From: Geosiphon pyriformis uo1
Taxonomy: Eukaryota; Fungi; Glomeromycota
Direction: 5' to 3'
Length of the DNA stretch: 64,000 nucleotides
Assembly (NCBI GenBank): GCA_016748015.1
Contig: JAAOMT010000607.1
Coordinates: 496,001-560,000, forward strand
The notes below the pieces were generated by a model. It searched no databases, was not told the origin of the DNA, and was given only the letters and a program-made list of their open reading frames with translations. This document shows, in pieces, positions 62,491 through 64,000 of this stretch. Every line of letters begins with the position of its first letter. Position 1 is the first letter of the stretch. Both the position numbers and the translations under genes were made by a program.

Positions 62491-64000
62491 CCATTTAGAC
62501 ATTAAATTTTTTGTTGATATTGTATTAAGAAAAACTATCTCTAATAAACAGTTTTTATACTTAATCTTGACAGTACTTTATCTTATTATTAGTTATAAAA
62601 TCCAGTTTAATTTTGTTTTTAATAGTGTATATAACAAATAAAATACTATAATTTATAGAAACTTAAAATCAAAATTATGTTTGCTTTTGTATTTTTTATG
62701 TAATACAATCTATTATTCTTTTTTATATAGCTTAAAAACTTTTAAACAAATATAAACTAAAGACAAGTTAACTTTTATGCTGTGTTTTTCTAATATGTAT
62801 AGCATTTTAAGCCACTTGTTTAAACATAAATCTCTTAATTTATAAGTCTTAAACTGGTTTTTTTATTATTTTTTGTGCTTTTTGGTTTGTATTAAAGTTA
62901 ATCTATTTAACAATTTTTTGGCAGATGTGGCTCATATTTTTTGTAAGTATAATTTATTTTTGGTTGATTTTTTGTATTTAGTATTTCACTTTTGAAATAG
63001 AACTTTAATGTTATTAGTCTTAAATAGATCTGTTTTTTTTGAGATTAATTTCTTATTTAAATGGTTTAATATTGTTTTTATTAAACAATTACATAATAAA
63101 AAAATGTAGTTTTTAATTAAAAAACTTTCAAATATTAGAAAAAATTGGACTTTTATGGTTTTGTTTCTGGTTGATTTGTCTTTTTTGTTAAGTTTTTGGC
63201 TAAATTAAATTTATGTTCTAATAGTTTATCTTTAGTTGTTGGGTTTTAGTTTTTGAGTATTTTTAGTTTTTGCAAATTTAATTTAGTTTATAGCTAACTG
63301 CTTGATACTAATGTAGTTTGTTTTTTTGTTTATATTAATAGATTTCTGAACAATCTAAGTATTATTAATATAAAGATTAATATTATAACTTTTTTTAAAA
63401 ATGTAAAATTGGATTTAAGAATTAGAATATTTGGTTTGGTTTTTTTACTATGATAAAATTGTAAGCTATTGTGTTTGCTTTGGAATATGTCCTCTTTTTT
63501 TGTATAATTGAGTTATTTTTTAATAGCCAAATGGTTTTAAATGCATATAAGTCAGAATTAAATTTAGTTTTATTAAATTTTTGCAATTATTGTTAAATTA
63601 AGTATCAGTATATTGTGAGCATTATTAAAAAAAAATTTAAGTATTAATTAACATAAAATTAGAAACCACTTAAGTATTTTAAACAATAAAAAAACTAATG
63701 TATTGGTTAATGCTATTTCTTTCTCAAATTTGGTGTTTTCTGTTTATATATAAAAGTAAGTTATTAAGACTAATAATAAAATAGTCTCAAAGAATATAAA
63801 ATGTTTTATTTGTAAAGTTTTTTAGACTGTCTATTATGTCTATTAAGAGATTAAATTTAAATCTAGAGTTTTAAAGAATAGTTTACTCAGAAATATGGAT
63901 TAGATTAAATTATTACTAGTATAATATCTTAATTCTTAATATTTGCTAAATTTACAAGCAAAACTAGAGCTAAAACATATTTTTACTTTATAAAAATTTT

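Larger units (their letters stand above)
60632..64000. other. Old, extremely AT-rich, probably repeat-derived sequence of unknown identity (host of solo LTR I)
   Basis: Part of it has an inverted homologue at 56951-57148. T-skew on + suggests decayed coding sequence on -. No recognisable motif. Confidence 0.4.

Overview
The window is almost entirely a nested stack of degenerate Ty3/Gypsy (Metaviridae-type) LTR retrotransposons from one family, in a very AT-rich eukaryotic genome. From recall only, the Gag looks like those of Glomeromycotina/Mucoromycota fungi; this is not verified. No host gene, RNA gene or CRISPR array is visible. 4-bp target-site duplications resolve the nest. An outer + strand element A (starts upstream of the window, 3' LTR 56107-56950) carries an unrelated solo LTR (24-701), element B (906-32249,+), element F (33139-43295,+) and element G (43908-54114,-). 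B carries C (9310-30443,-), which carries D (10215-20413,-) and solo LTR E (27305-28271,-). Downstream lie a 5'-truncated copy H (~57160-60631,+) and solo LTR I (61553-62490,-), the latter inserted in older unidentified AT-rich sequence. Family plan (~10.2 kb): LTR - PBS - one gag-pol ORF (Gag with CCHC, protease, Cys-rich unknown domain, dUTPase, RT, RNase H, integrase with GPF/SH3-like tail, no chromodomain) - a ~210-aa soluble ORF3 ending at the PPT - LTR. All copies are pseudogenised, mainly by C>T/G>A transitions. The most interesting observations are: (1) an apparently swappable ORF3 + U3 palindromic-array cassette, a candidate cognate transactivator/anti-silencing system; (2) RIP-like hypermutation; (3) a U5 hairpin that occludes the PBS; (4) a gag that lacks an AUG in most copies; (5) a strict N-Y-R-N target pattern.
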